64,000 nucleotides of DNA, from NCBI GenBank assembly GCA_016840405.1, contig JAEOSK010000003.1, positions 66,917 through 130,916 of the forward strand, written 5' to 3'. A model generated the notes under the pieces. That model worked only from the letters and a program-made list of their open reading frames with translations, searched no databases and was not told the origin of the DNA. Made by a program: the position numbers and the translations under genes. Shown here piece after piece: positions 9,904-18,462 of this stretch. This stretch comes from Candidatus Hermodarchaeum yapensis. Lineage in GTDB: Archaea > Asgardarchaeota > Hermodarchaeia > Hermodarchaeales > Hermodarchaeaceae. Numbering within the stretch: position 1 is the first letter of the stretch; the number at the start of each line of letters is the position of its first letter.

Positions 9904-10584
9904 TCAGTATATTGGAGGAATAATTCGCACAATCTGTGCCTGATCCTCCAATTCGCTGATAACACTAGGGGGGAGTGGTTGATCCATCTCCACTGCCATT
10001 GCCGCTAAACCACCTCTTCGTTGGCGACTTACATGCATGGTAGAGATGTTAACTTTGCTTTGGGCAATAAGCGATGACGCTTTAGCGACAATTCCCGGTC
10101 GATCATTATGGATAGTAATGAGGGTATGATATTCACCAGACAAGTAGATGGGAAGCCCATTGATTTCGATGATACTGATATTTCCTCCACCCACAGAGAC
10201 CGCCGTGATTTCAAAATGCGTACCACTAGTTCCCGCTATGAGAAGGCGAAGAGTATTCGGATGGTAATCTTCACCCAAGTCGACATTCTGGAATTTGACC
10301 TTCATTCCTTGCTCCTTTGCAATTGCTAACGATTTCTTGATTCGTTCATCAGCAGCATCGTATCCTAAGAGTCCTGCAATAATTGCTTTGTCTGTTCCGT
10401 GTCCTTTGCCTGTGAGGGCATAGGACCCATGAAGTTGAATGATGGCTTCGACAACGGGTTCACCCATGACTGCTAAACTAATCTGTCCAATCCGTACAGC
10501 AGCCGCCGTGTGAGAACTGGAGGGACCTATCATAATTGGTCCAATGACTTCAAAGACGCTGTCAGCTTTGCCCATTTCATCCAC
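9904..10584 (-). CDS. sdaAB: L-serine dehydratase, beta subunit (C-terminal ACT domain)
   Basis: IMIGPSSSHTA, GHGTD and SVGGG motifs plus ACT domain. Confidence 0.95.
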   Translation of the reverse strand: MDEMGKADSVFEVIGPIMIGPSSSHTAAAVRIGQISLAVMGEPVVEAIIQLHGSYALTGKGHGTDKAIIAGLLGYDAADERIKKSLAIAKEQGMKVKFQNVDLGEDYHPNTLRLLIAGTSGTHFEITAVSVGGGNISIIEINGLPIYLSGEYHTLITIHNDRPGIVAKASSLIAQSKVNISTMHVSRQRRGGLAAMAVEMDQPLPPSVISELEDQAQIVRIIPPIY

Positions 10585-10681
10585 CTGTTTATGCTGGGTT
10601 TAGTTTCTTCTTAAACGATTCGTAGGACAAATGAAATATTACACAATCTGCAGGAAGTAGCGGAGAATTGTCTGTATAGTT

Positions 10682-11509
10682 TCATATTAGCTGTGGGAGT
10701 GGCATTATGAAGAGAAAGTACCAAAGGGAAAAGACTGTGACGAAAATACTTGTTATTGCGATCCCCCAATCTTTTGCGGTAAATTTTGGATAGGAAAGAA
10801 AGGTTCGGGTTTTAGCAAAACCAAAACCACGCCCGTCCATTGCTAGAGTAAGTGCATCAACACGTCCTAGAGCTGAGAAAATTAAGGGGATGAAAGTGTA
10901 GCGGATACGACGCATGAAACTACGGATGATACCGCGGTCGATAGGAATACCTCGGGCCCGTTGAGCCGCTTGAACTGTATTGGATTCGTCATCAAAGAGA
11001 GGTACTAATCGAAGAGCAAGGACGAGAGTGTAGCCATACCTGTAAGGGATACGGAGTTGTGTGAGGGAGGCGGCAAATCGGCTAGGATCTGTTGTGGCAA
11101 CAAACAGGGCACTAACCAAGACTATGTTGATGAGCCGGAAGACAAGATTAAGGGCGTTAGTTATTCCCATGGTTGTGATGGGGAGGAAAGGACCGAATCC
11201 TGGTGCAAGAGTTGGAATGAGATAGAAGAGAATAGATCCATAAGGTGTGAATAAAATTTGGACTACTGCTATTAGTATGATGAATGCGAGGAGGCGAAGC
11301 AGTCGTCCAAGGGCATAGCGTAATCGAATTCCAGCTCCGTAAAATCCAAGTAAGATGAAGCAGAAGATAGCAATTGCCGTGAGTACGGAAACCAGCGTGA
11401 CGGTGAGAATTGCTACAAGAATCAGGACCAGGAACTTGGTAAGTGGATTAAGCCGATGAACAAAGGAATCACGTTGAAGGTATCCAAAAGAAGAGGTTCG
11501 AGTTTTCAT
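10682..11509 (-). CDS. ecfT: ECF transporter transmembrane component T
   Basis: HRLNPLTK, AQRARG and AMDGRGF coupling-helix motifs. Confidence 0.92.
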   Translation of the reverse strand: MKTRTSSFGYLQRDSFVHRLNPLTKFLVLILVAILTVTLVSVLTAIAIFCFILLGFYGAGIRLRYALGRLLRLLAFIILIAVVQILFTPYGSILFYLIPTLAPGFGPFLPITTMGITNALNLVFRLINIVLVSALFVATTDPSRFAASLTQLRIPYRYGYTLVLALRLVPLFDDESNTVQAAQRARGIPIDRGIIRSFMRRIRYTFIPLIFSALGRVDALTLAMDGRGFGFAKTRTFLSYPKFTAKDWGIAITSIFVTVFSLWYFLFIMPLPQLI

Positions 11510-13131
11510 CCGACTTGTTCCACCTCCAATTTATTCAATTCTAAACGGTAGGCAGAATCCCCGAGATTTTTCATGTAATCGAGCCCTTGCTGGACTGGAG
11601 CATCAATGAGAAGTTGCCCAGCATAGAGGAATAGCAGCCGATGACAATAGCTCTTAACAATTGATGCATCATGGGTAGCAAGTAAAATTGCGGCACCGTT
11701 CTCTGCAGCCTGTTGTTGAAGACGCATTATTTGGTGGACATTTCGGTAGTCTTGACCGATGAAAGGTTCATCAAGAAGGAGTAATTGGGGATGATGAAGG
11801 AGGATTGACGCAATAGTGAGGCGTCGTTGTTCACCCAGGCTCAAAGAAAACGGCGATTGGTCGCGATAGTTGGATAAGCCCAAGACCTCTAGTAATTCTT
11901 CTGCTCGATCACGGGCCACGTTCGGTTCAGGGATTTTCAAATGCTCTGACGCTAAAAGGACCTCCTCCCATACAGTTTGGGTAAAAAGCTGATGAAGGGG
12001 ATTCTGAAATATTATGCCCACTTTTTGGGCTAGCTTGGACACAGGTTGTTTTAGGAGATTCTCTCCATTTAGTTGAATGAATCCCGTATCTGGGTGTAAG
12101 AGTCCCATTAGGTGGAGAAGAAGGGTGGATTTGCCCGATCCATTGGCACCCATAATTGCAATAATCTCTCCAGGTTGGACAGAAAAGGTGACATCCTTGA
12201 GCGCTGGCAAAGACGGAGCGAATTCTTCCACTCGAGGATATGAGTAAGTTAAGTTGAAAACGTCAAGTAAGGTTGATTTGGGGGCAACAGACATGCTCTG
12301 TGGTTCTGGTTGTGTAAGAACTGAAGGGTGGAGTACGACTCCCAAGCCCGTTAAGGTTTGGGGAGTTTTTTGGAGTTGATCAGGAGTACCATCAAAGTGG
12401 ATTTGCCCTTCATTCAAGAGGATAATACGTGAAGCTACTGTGAGAAACGGTTGAATTCGATGCTCAACAACGAGAATAGTAATCCCACTTCTGTTGAGCT
12501 GATGTAAGGTGTTGACGACTCCTAGTGTTGTGGGTGGGTCGAGCCGCGCTGTAGGTTCGTCAAAAATTAGAATGGGTGCCCGAATTGCGAGAAAAGAGGA
12601 GATAACAACCTTTTGTTTTTCGCCTCCTGAGAGTGAGTGAGTGCTACGTGAACGAAGATTGCTAGCCGTAATGGTGTTTAGCGCCCATTCAAGTTGAGTC
12701 CTAATTTCGTCAGGAGGGACTTGGAAGTTTTCTGGACCAAATGCGACTTCGTTAAGAACTTTCAATGTTACTAGTTGACTATCCGGGTCTTGTTGGATGA
12801 GACTCACATTTCGGGCAATATCTCGAACGGAGAGGGTTCGAGTATCTTGATCATTGATTTTCACTGAGCCTTGAAATGTGCCGTTATACTCGTGTGGTAT
12901 AAATCCTGCAACGGAACGTGCAAAGGTGCTTTTCCCGCTCCCACTGGGTCCAGCGATAACTATGAATTCGCCTGGTTGTATCTTTAGTTGAATATCGGTT
13001 AGTGCAGCTTTCTTGGATCCCTCGTATGTATATTCTAGGTTGTTGATTTCCAATGCCGGAGGTCTACCACGCAGTGTTGTTTGACTAGGTGATGACAAGG
13101 CTGACGACCTTCTGGACCCAATATGAGCCAT
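11506..13131 (-). CDS. ECF transporter fused dual ATPase (A-A'); true start may be slightly downstream
   Basis: Two Walker A motifs (GPSGSGKS, GANGSGKS), LSGGEKQ/LSLGEQR signatures, QDP/QNP Q-loops. Confidence 0.9.
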   Translation of the reverse strand: MAHIGSRRSSALSSPSQTTLRGRPPALEINNLEYTYEGSKKAALTDIQLKIQPGEFIVIAGPSGSGKSTFARSVAGFIPHEYNGTFQGSVKINDQDTRTLSVRDIARNVSLIQQDPDSQLVTLKVLNEVAFGPENFQVPPDEIRTQLEWALNTITASNLRSRSTHSLSGGEKQKVVISSFLAIRAPILIFDEPTARLDPPTTLGVVNTLHQLNRSGITILVVEHRIQPFLTVASRIILLNEGQIHFDGTPDQLQKTPQTLTGLGVVLHPSVLTQPEPQSMSVAPKSTLLDVFNLTYSYPRVEEFAPSLPALKDVTFSVQPGEIIAIMGANGSGKSTLLLHLMGLLHPDTGFIQLNGENLLKQPVSKLAQKVGIIFQNPLHQLFTQTVWEEVLLASEHLKIPEPNVARDRAEELLEVLGLSNYRDQSPFSLSLGEQRRLTIASILLHHPQLLLLDEPFIGQDYRNVHQIMRLQQQAAENGAAILLATHDASIVKSYCHRLLFLYAGQLLIDAPVQQGLDYMKNLGDSAYRLELNKLEVEQVG

Positions 13132-14143
13132 GGTAGTTTTTCGCCACTAGCCGTAACCCATTATCAACAATGAGAATAATCTCAGAATCATCGAGTACTT
13201 CATCAATGGAGAAGGGAGCACTAAAGCCATCTGAAGATAAAACTTGGAGAGTTTCGGCAAAAGTCAGGGGTTGAGCTTCTGCTAAGATGACAGAAAGAGG
13301 GATTCCAGTGTAATTTTGTGGTGGAACATATGTGACAGATCCAATGAGTTCTGCTTCGATAGTAATTTCATGTTCAGTAAACGCAATGTAGGAAAAGCGA
13401 TATGGTTGGCTAACTTGCCCTACAACTTCACAACTTAATGGATCAATCACTGGTCGCCAGACAAAGACTGCATAAAGACTCGTCCCAAACGCTATTGTGA
13501 TGAGAAAAACGATGGCGGAAAGCTTGTATGGACCTAGTCTTTTCCATGGCGACAAGGATTTGCTTCGTGATGTTGCTCCATTGGGTAAGCTTCGAAGGAT
13601 ATTAGAGGTGATAACTAAACTGGTCGTGGCGTGACCAAAGTAGCCGGCGAAGATAATACCTGAACAAAAGGCAAGGATCACGAGAAGCATTATGAAGAGC
13701 CCAGGAGTACCTGAGAAGAAGAGGAGTTGGAAAACGAGAACGTTAGATGCGGCAGCAAAACCTCCTACTATGCTGTAAACAGGGAGCGAATCTCGATGAC
13801 GGAATGCACTTAGTCCAATATCGACGATGATGCCTTGGATTAGGCTGACAAAGACGATTACAAGACCATGAGTGCTTCCCGTGAAAAATTCTACAAAGCC
13901 TTTGAGGAACCCTGTTGCGGTGGCAGCTCCAGGTTTGCGGGTGATACCGGTTGCGAGAATAATCCAGAAGACGTGTAATCCACTTAGGAATTGTCCAGCT
14001 CCAAATGGTGTGCCGATTGCAGAATTAAGGAGCAAGCCTAGGTACCCGACGAATGTACTGAGTACTCCACCCAAGGCGCTTAGCACCGCGATTGTGGCAA
14101 GATTCCGGGTGCTGAAATAGTACGAGGGATCGGAGCTATTCAT
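13085..14143 (-). CDS. ECF S-component (YkoE-like) fused to a C-terminal sulfite-oxidase/molybdopterin-binding-like domain
   Basis: TRKPGAAT..G..VE S-component motif, an extra TM, then YTGIPLSVIL...SSDGF...LRLV...WVQKV. Confidence 0.75.
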   Translation of the reverse strand: MNSSDPSYYFSTRNLATIAVLSALGGVLSTFVGYLGLLLNSAIGTPFGAGQFLSGLHVFWIILATGITRKPGAATATGFLKGFVEFFTGSTHGLVIVFVSLIQGIIVDIGLSAFRHRDSLPVYSIVGGFAAASNVLVFQLLFFSGTPGLFIMLLVILAFCSGIIFAGYFGHATTSLVITSNILRSLPNGATSRSKSLSPWKRLGPYKLSAIVFLITIAFGTSLYAVFVWRPVIDPLSCEVVGQVSQPYRFSYIAFTEHEITIEAELIGSVTYVPPQNYTGIPLSVILAEAQPLTFAETLQVLSSDGFSAPFSIDEVLDDSEIILIVDNGLRLVAKNYHGSYWVQKVVSLVIT

Positions 14144-14164
14144 TTCGTCACCTTGAATAATTTG

Positions 14165-15292
14165 CTAGGGGGGAAGACCATCACGAATAACACGGATTGT
14201 GAATACGTTTGAAACCCAGAAGGCTCCTGCACTCCCGGTGAACCATGTTGGGTGAAGGGTCTGACTGGCATCATCATTACTGAAGCCACCATCGGGGGCG
14301 AGAAAGGCGATTTGAGGACCATTAGTCCAGCTCGGTGCCATGGTCCCATTGAAGATGTAGGCTAAGATGAGATCGCCTTGGATTGAGTGCATCGAAGTGT
14401 TAGGATAGAGGTTGTCATAGGCAAAGGATTGCGTGTAGCCATCATTGGCACTAACATTGACAATGTCATTGCTATCAATTGTGGTAACTAATTCTATCAA
14501 GGCAGACAGTAGAACCCCTGTGTAGGTTCCATTACCTCGCCAATTGTCAAACCGATTCTGGTAAGCGGTATAGGCTCCGAGGTTGTTCATCATTGCTAGA
14601 TCCATGAGATAGACGTCCTGTTCATCTTCTCCGTCAATGACTGATACGTGGAATCGGCTGTCGATGTAGGCATCTTGAAGGACTTCGATGGCTGCCACGT
14701 TGCGAACCCAGCGTGCACCTGCGCTACCGAAAAACCAAGCGGGGTGAGTGGTTTGGTTTGCGTCATCGACGCTATATGCATTATCAGGTGGGAGAAAGAC
14801 TATGCGGGGTCCATCTGCCCAGGCTTCAATGTGCGGACCGGGGGTTGTGTAATTGTAGGAATACGCAAGAATGAGGTTACCCTGAAGCGGTGCATATGAG
14901 GCGTTGGGATAGACGTTGGGGTATGAGTAGTATTGTGTATATCCATCTGAAGCATTGACTTTGATAACATCATTTGCACCCATTCCCCCGACGAGTTCAA
15001 TGAGGGTTGCTAGGGAAACACCAATATAGACTCCATTATCCCGCCAGTTCTCGAAACGATTCTGGGCGGTTGAAGTTCCGGATGATTCGCCTGTTGTCAA
15101 GGGCGCTAAATCAGAGAGGGTGAGATTTTCTACTGTGCTGCCCTTTATCACTTGGATGTTAACTTCGCCCTGAATGGGTGTGGGCATGAGGCCAGGTAAG
15201 AAGTTGATGGCTGCGAGTGTGCCCGTGGAGATGATTATGGCTGCCATGACAATGGTAAGCCCGATTTTCATGTTGTTTGAAGTGTTTGGCAT
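14165..15292 (-). CDS. Membrane-anchored extracellular protein with two tandem molybdopterin-oxidoreductase-like domains
   Basis: N-terminal TM; repeats QNRFxNWRxNGxYxGVxL...AxDGYTQ...LILAY...GP...GSAGAxWV; many N-x-S/T sequons. Confidence 0.7.
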   Translation of the reverse strand: MPNTSNNMKIGLTIVMAAIIISTGTLAAINFLPGLMPTPIQGEVNIQVIKGSTVENLTLSDLAPLTTGESSGTSTAQNRFENWRDNGVYIGVSLATLIELVGGMGANDVIKVNASDGYTQYYSYPNVYPNASYAPLQGNLILAYSYNYTTPGPHIEAWADGPRIVFLPPDNAYSVDDANQTTHPAWFFGSAGARWVRNVAAIEVLQDAYIDSRFHVSVIDGEDEQDVYLMDLAMMNNLGAYTAYQNRFDNWRGNGTYTGVLLSALIELVTTIDSNDIVNVSANDGYTQSFAYDNLYPNTSMHSIQGDLILAYIFNGTMAPSWTNGPQIAFLAPDGGFSNDDASQTLHPTWFTGSAGAFWVSNVFTIRVIRDGLPP

Positions 15293-15326
15293 TCCGGTTC
15301 AAACTCTATCATGATGGCAATAATAA

Positions 15327-15348
15327 GATATGCACAACCGTGCATATC
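15327..15348. promoter_or_regulatory. Perfect palindrome in the leader of the ECF operon (candidate operator or RNA hairpin)
   Basis: GATATGCAC-aacc-GTGCATATC, lying between a minus-strand CTTAATAA box and the start codon. Confidence 0.55.
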
Positions 15349-15448
15349 ACACCTTAGGCTTCAGAAACCTGTTATTAAGCCTTGCGCTTACTTAGTGTAA
15401 ATTTAAGAAAATGGAGAAAGGACACCGATTTGAAGAAAGATAAGCTTC

Positions 15449-16489
15449 CTATCTTCTTCGGTGCCAGAGCTCTTCGCGGCGCTTCTTATCTAAGTTTGGT
15501 ATATCATGCCAGAAGATTGATTTGCTCTTGATAGGTGCTACCTGTTTGAGCTTGAAAACAAACATAGCCACGATATTGATGAACAAAATGTTCAAGATTA
15601 CTAAGAGGAAACTGAGCCCAGAGATAACCATGTGTAAATTGTAGGCTGTAGAATTACCCATACCTAGCATCAAGAACGCGAATACGAAGTTCATACCAGC
15701 GTTAACAGCTGGTGGCATTAATGAGGCGGCTATGGCAACACCAACGAGACTACTCAAGTCGCCCCTGGTGGCTGCTAGGGCCACTCCCGCACCTGAGGCA
15801 GCTGCAACGGCCATTCCGAGGATTAGCACCCATAGTATAGCACGAGAGGCCATTTCAGGAGTGGGCCATGCCCATTCAGGTGGCCAAGAAGGTAGAAAGG
15901 TTAGAAACATTAGAATTGCGCCCATTATGACCCCCATTAGGATGGCAATTGCTAATCCAAATGCTTCATTTTTGATTCCTGTTTCTATGAGTCGGCGATC
16001 TTTAATAATGACACCGAAGCTTAATCCTAAGATTGGACCCATCAGTGGAGCAAGAAGCATGCTGGCTACTATGATTATCGAGCTATTGGTTGCTAGCCCT
16101 ATGGCTGCAATGATACAGGAGACGAGTAGAAGTGCTAGAAAGTCGAATGAAAGACGGGTGCCAGCGGCGATTTTACTATAGATTTCTTCAACGGAAAGAC
16201 GTTCGGTTGGAGTGATAGTGGCTGCTTCTTCAGTCATTGGTTTGCTAGCTTCAACAGGGAGAACGTCAATGATCCCGAAGTGCACTCCAACGCCAATGGA
16301 TTCAAGGTCTGCCAGGATTTTTGAACTTCTCGCCGGTGAGACACGGAAAATGAGCATGAAGCCAGGGGCAGTATGAATCTTGGCTATATTACGGATTTGT
16401 GCTTTTTCTTCGAGAAATTCCATGACCTGTCCAACTTTTTCTTCGGGGATTGTTATCTGGAATTGACGCATATTGAATCCCTCGCTCAT
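15449..16489 (-). CDS. DUF389/TIGR00341 family membrane protein
   Basis: IAAIGL...IIVASMLLAPLMGP and LVGVAIAASLMPP motifs. Confidence 0.85.
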   Translation of the reverse strand: MSEGFNMRQFQITIPEEKVGQVMEFLEEKAQIRNIAKIHTAPGFMLIFRVSPARSSKILADLESIGVGVHFGIIDVLPVEASKPMTEEAATITPTERLSVEEIYSKIAAGTRLSFDFLALLLVSCIIAAIGLATNSSIIIVASMLLAPLMGPILGLSFGVIIKDRRLIETGIKNEAFGLAIAILMGVIMGAILMFLTFLPSWPPEWAWPTPEMASRAILWVLILGMAVAAASGAGVALAATRGDLSSLVGVAIAASLMPPAVNAGMNFVFAFLMLGMGNSTAYNLHMVISGLSFLLVILNILFINIVAMFVFKLKQVAPIKSKSIFWHDIPNLDKKRREELWHRRR

Positions 16490-16662
16490 ATTCGAGTGAA
16501 TACCCCCCTAATGTTATCTATCTATAAGGATTACGTTTTTAACTAAAACATCGAACCTGTAGGGCGAAATTCGGAACGGCAGAACGCTTAATTAGCTGTA
16601 AAACTGTATTGCGTCGTATTACCCCAAACCCGCAGTCAATCTGCTACGTTGGTGTAACAGCC

Positions 16663-18372
16663 GTGACAAAACGAAACAAACTCATCAAAAACGGATTCGT
16701 CGTTGATCCACAACAAAAAATCCATGAAATCAAGGATATCGCCATACAAGATGGAAAAATTGTCGAATCCGTTGATCCTGAATCGGCAGAAGTTATTGAT
16801 GCTGAAGGTCGGATGGTGGTTGCCGGGGGTGTAGAAATCCATGCTCATCTCGCAACACCTAAAGTTGATTCTGGTCGAGTTCTTCGTTGTGACCAATCGC
16901 GAATGGACCCTTACACTTACTCAGATATCTGTCGAGCTGGCGTCTGGGCTAGCGTTCCACCAACTTTTATGACTGGTTACAAGTACTCTCAGATGGGATA
17001 CACCTTTGTTACCGAAGCAGCTTCTGCAGGACTGGTTGCCCGACATACACACGAGGAACTCGGTGAAATCCAACCTCATGATAAAATCATGTTCCCACTT
17101 TTTGGCAACTATCAACTCGTCATGGATTATGCTCGCGAAAAAGCGTATGACAAACTAGCAGCATTTGTCGCTTGGATGCTCGCAGCAACCAAGGGATGGG
17201 CGATAAAGGCCGTTAATCCCACTGGCGTTTGTGACTGGAGTTGGGGAGGTAACGTTGAATCGTTAGATGAGCAAATTGCGTGTTTTGATGTTACAGCCCG
17301 AGATGCTGTTACAGCGTTGTTAGAGGGTGCAGAAAGACTAGCTCTTCCGCATTCCCTCCATCTCCATGCGAATATGTTGGGTCGACCGGGGAATACGGAT
17401 ATCACCATTGAAACTATGGAGCTGGCTAGTAACCGACCGGCAACCAAGCGATCATCAGGTTACAACTTGCACATGACACATATTCAGTTCCATTCATATG
17501 GTGGTGATAGTTACGTCACTTTCCAGTCAGGAGCTGAGCCCATTGCGAAATATCTCAAGGGACACAAAAACGTGAGTTGTGATTTAGGGCAGGTTATCTT
17601 TTCTGATACAACCACGATGACCGCTGATGGTCCTTGGGAGTGGATTCTTCGTGGGATTTCAGGAAGCCGATGGGTAAACGATGATATCGAAGTTGAGTGT
17701 GGCGGCGGGGTTGTCCCCTATGTCTTTAAGAAAAGCTCACGAGTTAACGCGATTCAATGGGGCATTGGTCTTGAGATAGCTTTGATGGTTAATGACCCGT
17801 GGCGAGTTATTCCCACTACGGATCACCCCAATGCAGGAACCTTCATCAATTATCCACTGATTGCAGCGTGGTTAATGAGTAAGAAAGCCCGTGAAATTGT
17901 TTTAGACGATATTCGCCGATCTGCTAAGAAACGAATGGACATTCCTGCCATCGATACTGAATGGTCCTTAGAAGAGTACATTATTTCAACTCGAGCAGCA
18001 CCAGCACGAATTCTTGGCTTGCCAGAGAAAGGACATCTAACTCCGGGTGCTGATGCAGATATTGCCATTTACAATCTTGACCCGAAGGAGGATTTTGCTA
18101 AGCATCCTGATAAGCTCATTCGTGGCCTATCAGGAGCATGGATGACAATAAAGGGTGGGCATGTTGTTCAGAAGAAAGGAGAAATGGTCGCTATTCCGAA
18201 AGGTAGTACACATTGGATTGATGCAACTGTTGAACCCGAATTGGCGAAAGAAGTGGAGAAGGACATTCGTGAGAAATTCATGAGCTCCTATACTATTGCC
18301 TTTGAGAACTATCCTGTATCGAAGCGTTATCTTCACCGATCCGCGCCTATGAAACTGGAAGCTAGTTCATAA
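16663..18372 (+). CDS. fwdA: Formylmethanofuran dehydrogenase subunit A
   Basis: GGVEIHAH, IKAVNP, LHLHANMLG, HIQFHSY and TTDHPNAG motifs. Confidence 0.95.
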   Translation: MTKRNKLIKNGFVVDPQQKIHEIKDIAIQDGKIVESVDPESAEVIDAEGRMVVAGGVEIHAHLATPKVDSGRVLRCDQSRMDPYTYSDICRAGVWASVPPTFMTGYKYSQMGYTFVTEAASAGLVARHTHEELGEIQPHDKIMFPLFGNYQLVMDYAREKAYDKLAAFVAWMLAATKGWAIKAVNPTGVCDWSWGGNVESLDEQIACFDVTARDAVTALLEGAERLALPHSLHLHANMLGRPGNTDITIETMELASNRPATKRSSGYNLHMTHIQFHSYGGDSYVTFQSGAEPIAKYLKGHKNVSCDLGQVIFSDTTTMTADGPWEWILRGISGSRWVNDDIEVECGGGVVPYVFKKSSRVNAIQWGIGLEIALMVNDPWRVIPTTDHPNAGTFINYPLIAAWLMSKKAREIVLDDIRRSAKKRMDIPAIDTEWSLEEYIISTRAAPARILGLPEKGHLTPGADADIAIYNLDPKEDFAKHPDKLIRGLSGAWMTIKGGHVVQKKGEMVAIPKGSTHWIDATVEPELAKEVEKDIREKFMSSYTIAFENYPVSKRYLHRSAPMKLEASS

Positions 18373-18462
18373 GTCGTAAAACTAATAACCCGCCAAACCG
18401 TGCTGTGTCTCGCTCCAGTAGAAAATGTCATTATTGGGAGGCTGGAGCGAGGGTGCAAAACA

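Noticed and set aside
14141-14167. The surface-protein TAG is in frame with the ECF S-component start
   Set aside because: The spacer is only 7 codons and contains a GGTGA RBS, and a fusion would be topologically awkward.
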